This document shows positions 20,311-28,059 of a stretch of 64,000 nucleotides of DNA, one piece after another; the stretch's first letter is position 1; every line of letters starts with the position of its first letter. The DNA is from an uncultured Candidatus Rokubacteria bacterium. GTDB lineage: Bacteria; Methylomirabilota; Methylomirabilia; Rokubacteriales; CSP1-6. Under the pieces are notes generated by a model. It did no database searches. It saw only the letters and a list, made by a program, of their open reading frames with translations, and had not been told where the DNA came from. Position numbers and translations under genes: made by a program. Where the stretch lies: contig CAVYTA010000006.1 of NCBI GenBank assembly GCA_963771355.1, forward strand, positions 448,001 through 512,000, read 5' to 3'.

Positions 20311-21272
20311 CCAGAGAGCCCCGATCCTGTCGTGAGATCGAGCCGGACCTGATCGCGGTGGCGACCGCCGAGGCGCCGCCCGCCGCCGCCCGCCGCGTGG
20401 AGAGCCACGTGGCGGAGTGCGCGTCCTGCCGGAGCGAGCTCGCGCAGTATCAGACGGTCGACGGGCTCGTGACCGCGTACCGAGACACGCGCGCGCTCGA
20501 GGCCGACCCCACGCTGGCCCGCGCGCAGCTCGAGAGCCGGCTCGCGGACCTGCGCAGCCGCATCATGCGCTACGGCGTGTTCGACTCTCCGCTCGGGCCC
20601 ATCGCCATCGGCGTCTCGGAGCACGGGGTGTCCATGGTGGAGTACGTACGCCCGGCCGAGCGGACGGGCGGCGGGTTGGCGCGGCGGGCGGGCGGAGAAG
20701 CGGTGGAGGACCCCCGCCGGACGGAAGGGCTCTATCGCGAGCTGGCCGACTATCTCGACGGGCGGCGCACGCGGCTGGACTGGCCGCTCGATCTCCGGCG
20801 GACCCGGAGCGACTTCCAGCGGCGCGTCCTCGAGGCCACCGCGCGTCTTCCCTATGGGGCGGTGACCTCCTATGCGGGCATCGCGCGCGAGATCGGCGCG
20901 CCGCGCGCGACCCGCGCGGTGGCCCAGGCGCTCCGCCACAATCCACTCCCCATCGTGGTCCCGTGCCACCGCGTGATCGGCAGCAGCGGCGACCTCACCG
21001 GCTATGCGGGGACGCGCATCGGGCTCAAGCGAGATCTGCTGGCGGTGGAAGGCGTTCACACCATGCCCGGTCATGGCGACTTTCACATCGAGCGGCGCGC
21101 CGTCTACTACAAGTACCTCGATGGGGGTGAGTATTGCCTGCCGACCTGTGGTGGCATTCTCGAGAAGCCACTGGGTGACTTCACGGTATTCGGCTCGCGC
21201 GACCGCGCGGAAGCGGTGGGGCTCCAGCCCTGCACGGACTGCCGGCCCGATCTGCATCCGCTCCCCGCCTGA
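20307..21272 (+). CDS. Fusion protein: zf-HC2 anti-sigma domain + methylated-DNA-protein-cysteine methyltransferase (Ogt/MGMT) + C-terminal Ada-type zinc domain
   Basis: C...HVAECASC (HxxxCxxC); SPLGPI, FQRRVL, PYG, RAVAQAL, PCHRV active site; YCLPTC...GLQPCTDCRP. ATGA overlap with the sigma gene. Confidence 0.88.
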   Translation: MTREPRSCREIEPDLIAVATAEAPPAAARRVESHVAECASCRSELAQYQTVDGLVTAYRDTRALEADPTLARAQLESRLADLRSRIMRYGVFDSPLGPIAIGVSEHGVSMVEYVRPAERTGGGLARRAGGEAVEDPRRTEGLYRELADYLDGRRTRLDWPLDLRRTRSDFQRRVLEATARLPYGAVTSYAGIAREIGAPRATRAVAQALRHNPLPIVVPCHRVIGSSGDLTGYAGTRIGLKRDLLAVEGVHTMPGHGDFHIERRAVYYKYLDGGEYCLPTCGGILEKPLGDFTVFGSRDRAEAVGLQPCTDCRPDLHPLPA

Positions 21273-21316
21273 CCGCTCGTACGTTTCCCGTTTTCACGCC
21301 CTTCACGGCTTTCGCC

Positions 21317-21346
21317 TTTCACGTTGCCTGCGCGCCGGTGTCTCAT
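21317..21346 (+). promoter_or_regulatory. Putative ECF promoter, copy 2 (TTTCAC-N13-CGGTGTCTCAT)
   Basis: Exact repeat of the motif at 19743-19772; ends 28 nt before ATG 21375, which has an AAAGGAG RBS. Confidence 0.7.
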
Positions 21347-21374
21347 CTGTGAAGGCACGAGAAAGGAGCGCGCG

Positions 21375-21785
21375 ATGCACATCATCGGGACACTCATCGT
21401 GGTGGCGATACCCCTGGTCGGAATCTTCGGACTCCTGTGGCTCAGCGAGCGCTGGCAGGCGCGCCGCGAGGTCGGGCGGCACCTCCAGATCGCGGTCACC
21501 GACGCGGTGCACGGGGCGCTCGGCGCGGTGGCGGCACCGGTAGTGACGCGGCGCCCGGGCGGCGGCTGGCGGATCCAGATGCGGGTCACGCCGGGCCGGT
21601 CCGATCTGGCCGCGGCGCTCGTGCGTGTGACGGAAGATGTGATGGACCGTGCGACGGGCGAGATGCGGCGCCCCTTCGAGATCGTCCTGCTCCCGACGGA
21701 GGGGATCGGCGCCGCCGGGCACGGTCCGCGCGCCCTGGGCCAACGCAGCAAGAGCGCCGCGCCGCTGGCCGCGGCCGCGCGCTGA
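21375..21785 (+). CDS. Hypothetical protein with N-terminal transmembrane helix
   Basis: AAAGGAG RBS; hydrophobic MHIIGTLIVVAIPLVGIFGLLWL segment. Confidence 0.7.
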   Translation: MHIIGTLIVVAIPLVGIFGLLWLSERWQARREVGRHLQIAVTDAVHGALGAVAAPVVTRRPGGGWRIQMRVTPGRSDLAAALVRVTEDVMDRATGEMRRPFEIVLLPTEGIGAAGHGPRALGQRSKSAAPLAAAAR

Positions 21786-21797
21786 GAGGAGGCCGCC

Positions 21798-21959
21798 ATG
21801 CTCAGCTACTACGCGCTGGAGAAAGTCGTGGAGATGCGGCTCGCCGAGCTTCGTGAGGAGGCGGCGCGGGCCCGGGCGGTGGCGTCTCCCGAGCCGGCTG
21901 CTCGGCCGGCTCCCGCCCGACCCCTTCGCTGGTTCCAGGTCCAGATCTTCGGTCGTTGA
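21798..21959 (+). CDS. Small hypothetical protein, 53 aa (MLSYYALEKVVEMRLAELREEAARAR...WFQVQIFGR)
   Basis: GAGAGGAGG RBS, ATG 21798, TGA 21957-21959; fills the gap between genes; below the ORF-track length cutoff. Confidence 0.65.
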   Translation: MLSYYALEKVVEMRLAELREEAARARAVASPEPAARPAPARPLRWFQVQIFGR

Positions 21960-21966
21960 GGGCCGA

Positions 21967-23256
21967 CTACCAGTACTGCATCGAGTCGCGCAGGATCCAC
22001 TCGAGGTCGGCGGCGCCGACCGGACGCGGCGCGCCGGCGAGAAGGCGCGGCTGCCTGAGCGTACCCTCGACGAGCGCGGGAATATCGTGCTCGCCATAGC
22101 CCACCGCGGTGAGCCCATTGGGGATGCCGGTGTCGCGCATGAGGGCGATGAGCGCGCCGGGCAGGGCCTCGCGGCGCTCGCGCTCGCCGAGCCCTTCGAC
22201 GGGAGCGCCCATCAGGGCGGCCGCGCGGAGGTGGCGGTCGGGGGCGGTGGCATAGGTGAAGCGGAAGGCCGCGGGCGCAGTGAGGATCACCGCCATGCCG
22301 TGCGGCACCATGGCATGGCGGGTGCGGTAGCCGCTGGGCACGTAATCCCGCACGAGCCCGGCGATGGGATACGCGAGCGCGTGGGGAATGTGCACGCCGG
22401 CGTTGCCGAAGCCGATGCCGGCATAGTTGGCGGCCAGTGCGAGGTTCACCCGTGCCTCGAGATCGAGCCCGTTGAGCACGGCCCGCCGCAGGTAGCGCGC
22501 GACGTGCTCCATGGCCTTCTCGCACCAGACGTCGCTGGCGGGATTGGCGCCGATATAGGCGGGCCGGTCCGGCGGATGATGCTTGGCGCGGGCATTGTAC
22601 GGGCGCGTCGTGTACGACTCGATGGCGTGGGTGAGGATGTCGGCGCCCGCCGCCGCCGTCACTTCCGGTGGGACGGTGAGGGTGTTGAGCGGATCCACCA
22701 CGCCGAGGGTGGGGCGCAGCAGCCGATGCGACACCCCCGCCTTGATGTTCTGGTCCAGCACATGGGTCACCGCCACCGCGGTGGTCTCGCTGCCGGTGCC
22801 GGCGGTGGTGGGCACCGCGATCAGGGGCTTGAGCGGCCCCGGCACCGGGACACCCTTGCCCACCGGCTTGTTGAGGTAGTCGAGTAGCGGCGCGGGATGG
22901 CAGGTGAGGAGGTTGGCGGCCTTGCACGTGTCGATGGTGCTCCCGCCGCCTACCGCGATGAGGCCGTCGAACTCCTTGGTACGCGCGTACTCCGCGGCCT
23001 CCTCCATGGACCGGTCGGTCGGCTCGACCTCGACACCGTCATAGACCTCCGCCTTGATCCCCTGCTCCTCGAGGAGCCCGCGCACGCGGTCGGGCAGGCC
23101 CGCAGCGGCGAGATTGCGATCGGTGAAGATCAGGGCCTTGGCCAGTCCCAGCCGGGCGGCGTCGAAGCCGATCTCCTCCATGGCGCCCAGCCCGAACTTG
23201 ATGGGCGACATCTCCATCACGAAGACGGTTTCCGTCGGCAGCGTCACGCCCTTCAT
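21967..23256 (-). CDS. Hydroxyacid-oxoacid transhydrogenase (iron-containing alcohol dehydrogenase family)
   Basis: GGGSTIDTCKAANL, PTTAGTGSETT, HAIESYT, GFGNAGVHIPH, VPHG. Confidence 0.88.
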   Translation of the reverse strand: MKGVTLPTETVFVMEMSPIKFGLGAMEEIGFDAARLGLAKALIFTDRNLAAAGLPDRVRGLLEEQGIKAEVYDGVEVEPTDRSMEEAAEYARTKEFDGLIAVGGGSTIDTCKAANLLTCHPAPLLDYLNKPVGKGVPVPGPLKPLIAVPTTAGTGSETTAVAVTHVLDQNIKAGVSHRLLRPTLGVVDPLNTLTVPPEVTAAAGADILTHAIESYTTRPYNARAKHHPPDRPAYIGANPASDVWCEKAMEHVARYLRRAVLNGLDLEARVNLALAANYAGIGFGNAGVHIPHALAYPIAGLVRDYVPSGYRTRHAMVPHGMAVILTAPAAFRFTYATAPDRHLRAAALMGAPVEGLGERERREALPGALIALMRDTGIPNGLTAVGYGEHDIPALVEGTLRQPRLLAGAPRPVGAADLEWILRDSMQYW

Positions 23257-23720
23257 GCGGCGCCTCCCTTGAGCTGCTCCTCCGCGACGCGCTTGACGTC
23301 GCCGGCCTCCACCTGTCCCTTGTGAGTCTTCATGACGTCGCCGACCAGGCGCCCCACCTGCTTGGCGTCCGCGATGCCGAGCGCGGCGAGGCGCTCGCGC
23401 ACCAGGGCGCGCAGCGTGGTTTCGTCCATCCCGCGCGGCAGCCACCGCTCGCAGAACTCGATCTCGAAGCGGAGCTGAGCGGCCTGCTCCGCGCCCCGCT
23501 CGCCTACCTTCTCGAACTCCGCGAGCGCCTTCTGCAGCTGCTTGCGATAGGCGCCGATGACGTCGACGAGGAGGGCGTCGTCCACGGTGCCGGAGAAGCC
23601 CTTGGCCGTCCGCCGCTCCTGGAGCTTGGTCTTGAGCATGCGGACCACGTTGGCGGTGGGGGCGTCCTTGTCCTTGATGGCCCGGGTCAGAGTGTCGGAG
23701 AGCTCTTGCTCGATTCCCAT
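23253..23720 (-). CDS. GatB/YqeY domain protein
   Basis: LTRAIKDKD...VRMLK, EIEFCERWLP, VGRLVGDVMK...V; ATGA overlap with the downstream gene. Confidence 0.8.
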   Translation of the reverse strand: MGIEQELSDTLTRAIKDKDAPTANVVRMLKTKLQERRTAKGFSGTVDDALLVDVIGAYRKQLQKALAEFEKVGERGAEQAAQLRFEIEFCERWLPRGMDETTLRALVRERLAALGIADAKQVGRLVGDVMKTHKGQVEAGDVKRVAEEQLKGGAA

Positions 23721-23828
23721 GCGCGCCATCCTATCATCGTCCGGCGCCGGCCATCCGGGGGCGAGAGCCAGCGACCCGCGCGGGCGCGCCGCTTGCGTGC
23801 GTCGAGGCCGCGTGCTTTGATCGTCGCC

Positions 23829-24878
23829 ATGCGCGCCACTCTCGTCCTTCTTCTCGTCACGCTCGGGCTCGCTCCCGCCGCCCTGGCCGCTCCGCCCACC
23901 CTGCCGCCGGGCTTCACCAGTGAGGTGTACGTGACCGGCGACGGTTACACGTCGGATGCCTGGCGCGGTCTGCCGGGGATTCCCTCCACGCCCACGATGG
24001 CGGTGGACGCCGATGGGGTGCTCTATCTCGCGCGGAGCGGCCGCCGCTATTCCGGCGGCGAGGCCGAGGATCTCTGGCGCGTCTACCGGATCCCGCCGGG
24101 CGGGGCACGGCTCTCGCCGCAGTCGGAATCGCGCTATCTCATCGGCCCGCCGCTGTCGAATCCCCAGGTGGCGTCGGTGCGGGGCGGGCGCGAGCTGCTC
24201 GTCACCACCTTCGACCGCGACCGTGTGGTCGGGGTGCTGTACCGCATGCTGGCGGGCCGGGCGGAGCTGCTCGCAGGCGGCACACCGCCGCGCGGGACTC
24301 CGCCCCTGCTCAAGCAGCCGGAGGGCGCGGTCGCCGACACCGCCGGCAACATCTATGTCGCCGACCGCGCGCAGGGGGTCGTGCTCCGGCTGAGTCCGCA
24401 GGGCGACGTGCTCGATCCCCGGATGGTCAGCGTGGGCCGGCCCCGCCTGCTCGCGCTGGGCCCCGAGCAGCTCTGGGTGGCGGCGGATGGGACGGCGGAG
24501 GCGCCGTGGCAGCGCGGGCCGGGCGAGATCTGGCAGGTGAACCCAGAGGGCAAGGCCACCCTGATACTTACCGGGCCGGTGGTGGCGGGGATGTCGGTGG
24601 GCCCGGCCGGCCGACTCTTCGTGGCGGATCGTCAAGGGGCCGAGATCTTCGTGCTGGGACCAGACGGGACGAAGATGGGGTTCGCGCGCTTCGGCGAGGG
24701 CGACGCGCCACGCACCCTGGCCTTCGTTCCGGTGACGCCGGAAACCCTCCGGGCGGGCATCGCCGGGGATCTCCTCGTGGTCACGGTGAGCCGCGGCGCC
24801 TGGCCCGTGAACGAGGTGATGCGTGTCTCCGGCCCCTTCGAGCGCTTCGTCCAGGATGGCGCGGCGGCGCCGCGCTGA
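23829..24878 (+). CDS. Secreted beta-propeller (NHL-repeat-like) protein
   Basis: Signal peptide ending ALA; repeats such as MAVDADGVLYLA, AVADTAGNIYVAD, VGPAGRLFVAD. Confidence 0.7.
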   Translation: MRATLVLLLVTLGLAPAALAAPPTLPPGFTSEVYVTGDGYTSDAWRGLPGIPSTPTMAVDADGVLYLARSGRRYSGGEAEDLWRVYRIPPGGARLSPQSESRYLIGPPLSNPQVASVRGGRELLVTTFDRDRVVGVLYRMLAGRAELLAGGTPPRGTPPLLKQPEGAVADTAGNIYVADRAQGVVLRLSPQGDVLDPRMVSVGRPRLLALGPEQLWVAADGTAEAPWQRGPGEIWQVNPEGKATLILTGPVVAGMSVGPAGRLFVADRQGAEIFVLGPDGTKMGFARFGEGDAPRTLAFVPVTPETLRAGIAGDLLVVTVSRGAWPVNEVMRVSGPFERFVQDGAAAPR

Positions 24879-24893
24879 CGGAGCCACCGCCCC

Positions 24894-26408
24894 TCAGCGC
24901 CGCGGCGTCGAGCCTTCCTGCAACAGCCAGTCGATGATGGCGCCGCCGTCGTCGGCCTCGCGCGCCGGTGGCGGTGACGCCGGTGTACGCGGCGGCGGTA
25001 CCGCCCGCGTCTCCACCGAGGACGACGGCGCCTCCACCGCCGCTGGTCTCGGCAGACTCTCGGCCGCTGAGCGAGGCACTGTCGCCCTCGGGGGCGGGGA
25101 CACCGGGCTGGGCACCACGTCACGCGCGACCGGGCGCGAGGGCGGCCTCGAGGCCGGGGTTGCCGCCGGGGGGAGCGTCACCACGGGGGGCGGCGCGGGC
25201 GCGGGAGGCAGCGCGGCCGGGGGAGGCAGCGCGGGCGCGGAAGGCGGCACGGACGCGGTAGGCAATGCGGCCGGGGGAGACGGCGCGGGAGCGGGGGGCA
25301 GCGCGGCCGGGGGAGGCAGCGCGGGCGCAGACGGTAACGGCGCCTCGGCCACGGGCGGCGGCGGCGAGGCGACCTGGGTGGGTGTCGGAGCCGGCGGCGC
25401 GAGGAGCGGAACCGGGTCGGGTGCGCCGAGCCACGATCCGCCCAGTACGATCGCCACGCCGCCCACGACCACGAGCACGCCGGCGGCCAGCCAGACTCGC
25501 TTCCCGACTCCAGCACGCCCCCGATGATCCGCGCCCCGCCCCTGCCGGCCGGTCCTGTTGAATGGGCTGATCTCGCTCCAGAGATCGTTGAAGAGATCGG
25601 TGACGTCGCGGTGGCGCCGGGACGGCTCCGGTGCCAGCGCCCGCATGACGATCCGTTCGAGGGTCCGCGTGACTTCGGGCCGGAGCTTGCGAACCGCCAG
25701 GGTACCGCCGCGTCGCCGCCTCGCCAGATGCGTGCCCGGCGGCCGGCCCGTCAGCATCTCGTAGAGCAGCGCGCCCACCGCGAATACATCGCTCTGATTC
25801 GTGGCCTCGCCGGTGAGGGATTGCTCCGGCGCCTGATAGGGCGTGGTGAGTCCCCCCACCGTGCGTGCCCCCCGGCGGCTCAGCCAGCGTGCTGTCCGCA
25901 CCCAGTCGAGGCCGAACTGGGTGAGCTTGACGGTCTCCTCCCCTCCCACCAGCGCGACGTTCTGCGGGCTGAGACAGCCGTGAATCACGCCCAGCATGTG
26001 GGCGACTTCGAGGGGCTCGGCGATGCCGATGGCGAGGCGTACCGCGCGCTCCGGCCGGAAGGGCCCGTCGCGCCGCAAGGCTTCCGCGAGCGTCACCCCT
26101 TCGGGCGGCTCGAGCGCGAGGTAGAGCGCGCCGCCGGGCGTGACGCCGCACTCGTACACCGCGGCGATCGAGGGACAGCGGGCGGAGAGCGCGACGAGCC
26201 GGCCCGCGTGCTCGCGCATGGACCGGACAAGCTCCTCGTCGCGGGCGGCATCGTGAGCGAGGACGCGCAGAGTCACCCGCGCGCGGGTGTCGGCGCGCTC
26301 GGCGAGGTACAGGGCATCCTGGACCCCGGGCACGAGCGTCTCGATTGTCCGGTACGGGCCGTAGCCCGTGGGCGTGGGCTCGGTCGTAGGTACGGAGGGA
26401 AGCGTCAC
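24894..26408 (-). CDS. Membrane-anchored Hanks-type Ser/Thr kinase-fold protein, probable pseudokinase, with Pro-rich C-terminus
   Basis: Kinase C-lobe motifs retained (YQAPEQ, SDVFAVGALLYEMLTGRPP); catalytic motifs degenerate (VTLR, HGCLSPQN, QFG); TM helix followed by a Pro-rich tail. Confidence 0.8.
   Translation of the reverse strand: MTLPSVPTTEPTPTGYGPYRTIETLVPGVQDALYLAERADTRARVTLRVLAHDAARDEELVRSMREHAGRLVALSARCPSIAAVYECGVTPGGALYLALEPPEGVTLAEALRRDGPFRPERAVRLAIGIAEPLEVAHMLGVIHGCLSPQNVALVGGEETVKLTQFGLDWVRTARWLSRRGARTVGGLTTPYQAPEQSLTGEATNQSDVFAVGALLYEMLTGRPPGTHLARRRRGGTLAVRKLRPEVTRTLERIVMRALAPEPSRRHRDVTDLFNDLWSEISPFNRTGRQGRGADHRGRAGVGKRVWLAAGVLVVVGGVAIVLGGSWLGAPDPVPLLAPPAPTPTQVASPPPPVAEAPLPSAPALPPPAALPPAPAPSPPAALPTASVPPSAPALPPPAALPPAPAPPPVVTLPPAATPASRPPSRPVARDVVPSPVSPPPRATVPRSAAESLPRPAAVEAPSSSVETRAVPPPRTPASPPPAREADDGGAIIDWLLQEGSTPRR
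25195..25330. repeat. Intragenic duplication of about 45 bp at 90-bp spacing encoding PSAPALPPPAALPPAPAP
   Basis: GGCAGCGCGGCCGGGGGAGGCAGCGCGGGCGC occurs at about 25207 and 25297. Confidence 0.75.
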
Positions 26409-26418
26409 CGGCGGTCCG

Positions 26419-27447
26419 TCACTCGTTGAGGAGGTCCTTGATCGCGTCCATCACCGGATTGGCGCCCGAGGGCTTCGGCGTGGCGGCGGGCTGGCCGCCC
26501 GGCTTGCGCAGGTACTTCGCGACGCAGTCGTACTGTTCCCAGCCCTTGAGGGGGGCGTCCAGGTCCACCGACTTCCACTTCGGGTGGCCGTTCCTCACCA
26601 GCCACGCGAGGTTGGTCGAGATGGACTGCGCGAATTGCCCGATGACATCGCAGTCCTTCCGCCGGAAGTCGAACGAGATCATCACCGCCTTCACCGCCAC
26701 CGTGCTCAGCACCTGCGGCTGCCACGGGTAGGTGCGGGCCGGAATCTCGGCGCGGGTGTAGAACTCGGTGATGCTCTTGTTCGTGATCGGGAGCAGGGCG
26801 AGCCCGTCCGCCTCGGTCACTCCCTCGCTGAGCAGCTTCACGGGATAGCCGGCCACGTAGAACATGGCGTCGATGCGTCCGGCCTTCAGCTCGGCCAGCG
26901 CCTCATCGGTGTCGATGAGGACCATCTCCTTCGGCACCACGTCGGACACCTTGAACAGGAGCCGCGCGGTCAGGTAGGTCCCGCTCCCTTCCCGGCCGAT
27001 GGCCACACGCCGGTCGGTGAGGTCGTCGAAGTCGGTGATCTCCTTCCGCCCGAGCAGGTGGATCTCCTCGTTGTAGAGGGGAAACACCATCTTGGTCTTC
27101 TTGGCGATGCGCTTGAGCACCGGATCCGACTGGACGCGGGCCACGAAGGCGAGCACGTCCGACTGGACGATGCCCAGCTGGGTATTGGGCTTCTGATATA
27201 CCGCGAACACGTTTTCGATGGAGCCCTTGGAGGTGACGACGGAGAGGTCGACTCCCGTCTGCTTGCCGAGTCGCTGGAGATTCAGACCGAACTGGTAGTA
27301 GGTACCCCGCTCGCCTCCGGTGGTGATGCCGAGCTCGTTCGCGGCGCCCGCGGAGCCGGTCGCGACCAGGATCAGGGTGAGGCAGGCCAGGGTGATGCGG
27401 CTCAAGACGATGACGCAGCAATACTGTGCTGTCACTCGGTGAATCAT
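26419..27447 (-). CDS. TAXI-family TRAP solute-binding protein
   Basis: ITTGGERGTYY, SKGSIENV, GIVQSD, PLYNEEIH, GREGSGT; exact start uncertain. Confidence 0.88.
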   Translation of the reverse strand: MIHRVTAQYCCVIVLSRITLACLTLILVATGSAGAANELGITTGGERGTYYQFGLNLQRLGKQTGVDLSVVTSKGSIENVFAVYQKPNTQLGIVQSDVLAFVARVQSDPVLKRIAKKTKMVFPLYNEEIHLLGRKEITDFDDLTDRRVAIGREGSGTYLTARLLFKVSDVVPKEMVLIDTDEALAELKAGRIDAMFYVAGYPVKLLSEGVTEADGLALLPITNKSITEFYTRAEIPARTYPWQPQVLSTVAVKAVMISFDFRRKDCDVIGQFAQSISTNLAWLVRNGHPKWKSVDLDAPLKGWEQYDCVAKYLRKPGGQPAATPKPSGANPVMDAIKDLLNE

Positions 27448-27497
27448 GACATCCTCCTCGTTGCGACGGGACTTACCTCCCGCGGGTGCGGTGGCGC

Positions 27498-27527
27498 AGG
27501 ATAGGAGGATAGATGTGAGACTGTCAA
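27498..27527 (-). promoter_or_regulatory. Putative sigma70 promoter for the TAXI/pseudokinase operon (TTGACA-N18-TATCCT)
   Basis: Reverse-strand TTGACA at 27527-27522 and TATCCT at 27503-27498. Confidence 0.5.
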
Positions 27528-27702
27528 GGGGGCCTTACATCAAGAACTGTCGGAAACATTGCCTTTTTGAGGGATGCGCAGGACTTACCGTCAGATAACT
27601 AGCTGAATTAATTGACAAGTTATAATCAGCACGGAACGTGCATATAACCCGTCCGAGCCGACCGACCGATGACTCTCATGCGAATTACCTGTCGGCAGAA
27701 GA

Positions 27703-27732
27703 TTGACATCAAAACCCCCTGCAGATTAGGGT
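27703..27732 (+). promoter_or_regulatory. Putative sigma70 promoter for the precursor-peptide operon (TTGACA-N18-TAGGGT)
   Basis: TTGACA 27703-27708 and TAGGGT 27727-27732, followed by AGGAG/GAAGGA and ATG 27750. Confidence 0.5.
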
Positions 27733-27749
27733 GGTAGGAGCCGAAGGAC

Positions 27750-27971
27750 ATGAGCGAGCACAAGCCAGAGTCAAACGAGATTCGACGCGTCGCCGCCGAC
27801 AAGACGGGCGACAAGGCGTCCTCGCCCAGCCGCCGGCGGGCCCTCAAGGCCGCGCTGGCTGCGACCCCCATCATCATGTCGATCAAGAGTCGGCCCGCCT
27901 TCGCGGGCCCCGCCTGCGATCAGGCTACGACCAGCTGCCAGCAATCCTCCCGTCTGTCCAGTGTCCACTAG
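27750..27971 (+). CDS. Putative RiPP precursor peptide with Tat-like leader and 21-aa Cys/Ser/Thr-rich core
   Basis: SRRRALK...TPIIMSIKSRPAFA|GPACDQATTSCQQSSRLSSVH; has an RBS; first gene ahead of PqqD/kinase/nucleotidyltransferase. Confidence 0.7.
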   Translation: MSEHKPESNEIRRVAADKTGDKASSPSRRRALKAALAATPIIMSIKSRPAFAGPACDQATTSCQQSSRLSSVH

Positions 27972-28059
27972 GCCGTAAGAAGAAGTAAGCGAAGGTCGCC
28001 CCGTCCCACCCTCCTCACCCCGGATTCTCTCGGCTCCACCCGATTCCTCCGAAACGAGC

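Noticed and set aside
25195..25330. CRISPR-like or mobile repeat
   Set aside because: Only two copies, in frame inside a Pro-rich linker; an ordinary intragenic duplication.
27612..27626. Perfect TTGACA and TATAAT as one sigma70 promoter
   Set aside because: Only 3 nt separate them, far from the required 16-18.
27627..27643. Sigma54 promoter (CAGCACGGAACGTGCAT)
   Set aside because: Spacing resembles -24/-12, but the invariant GG is missing.
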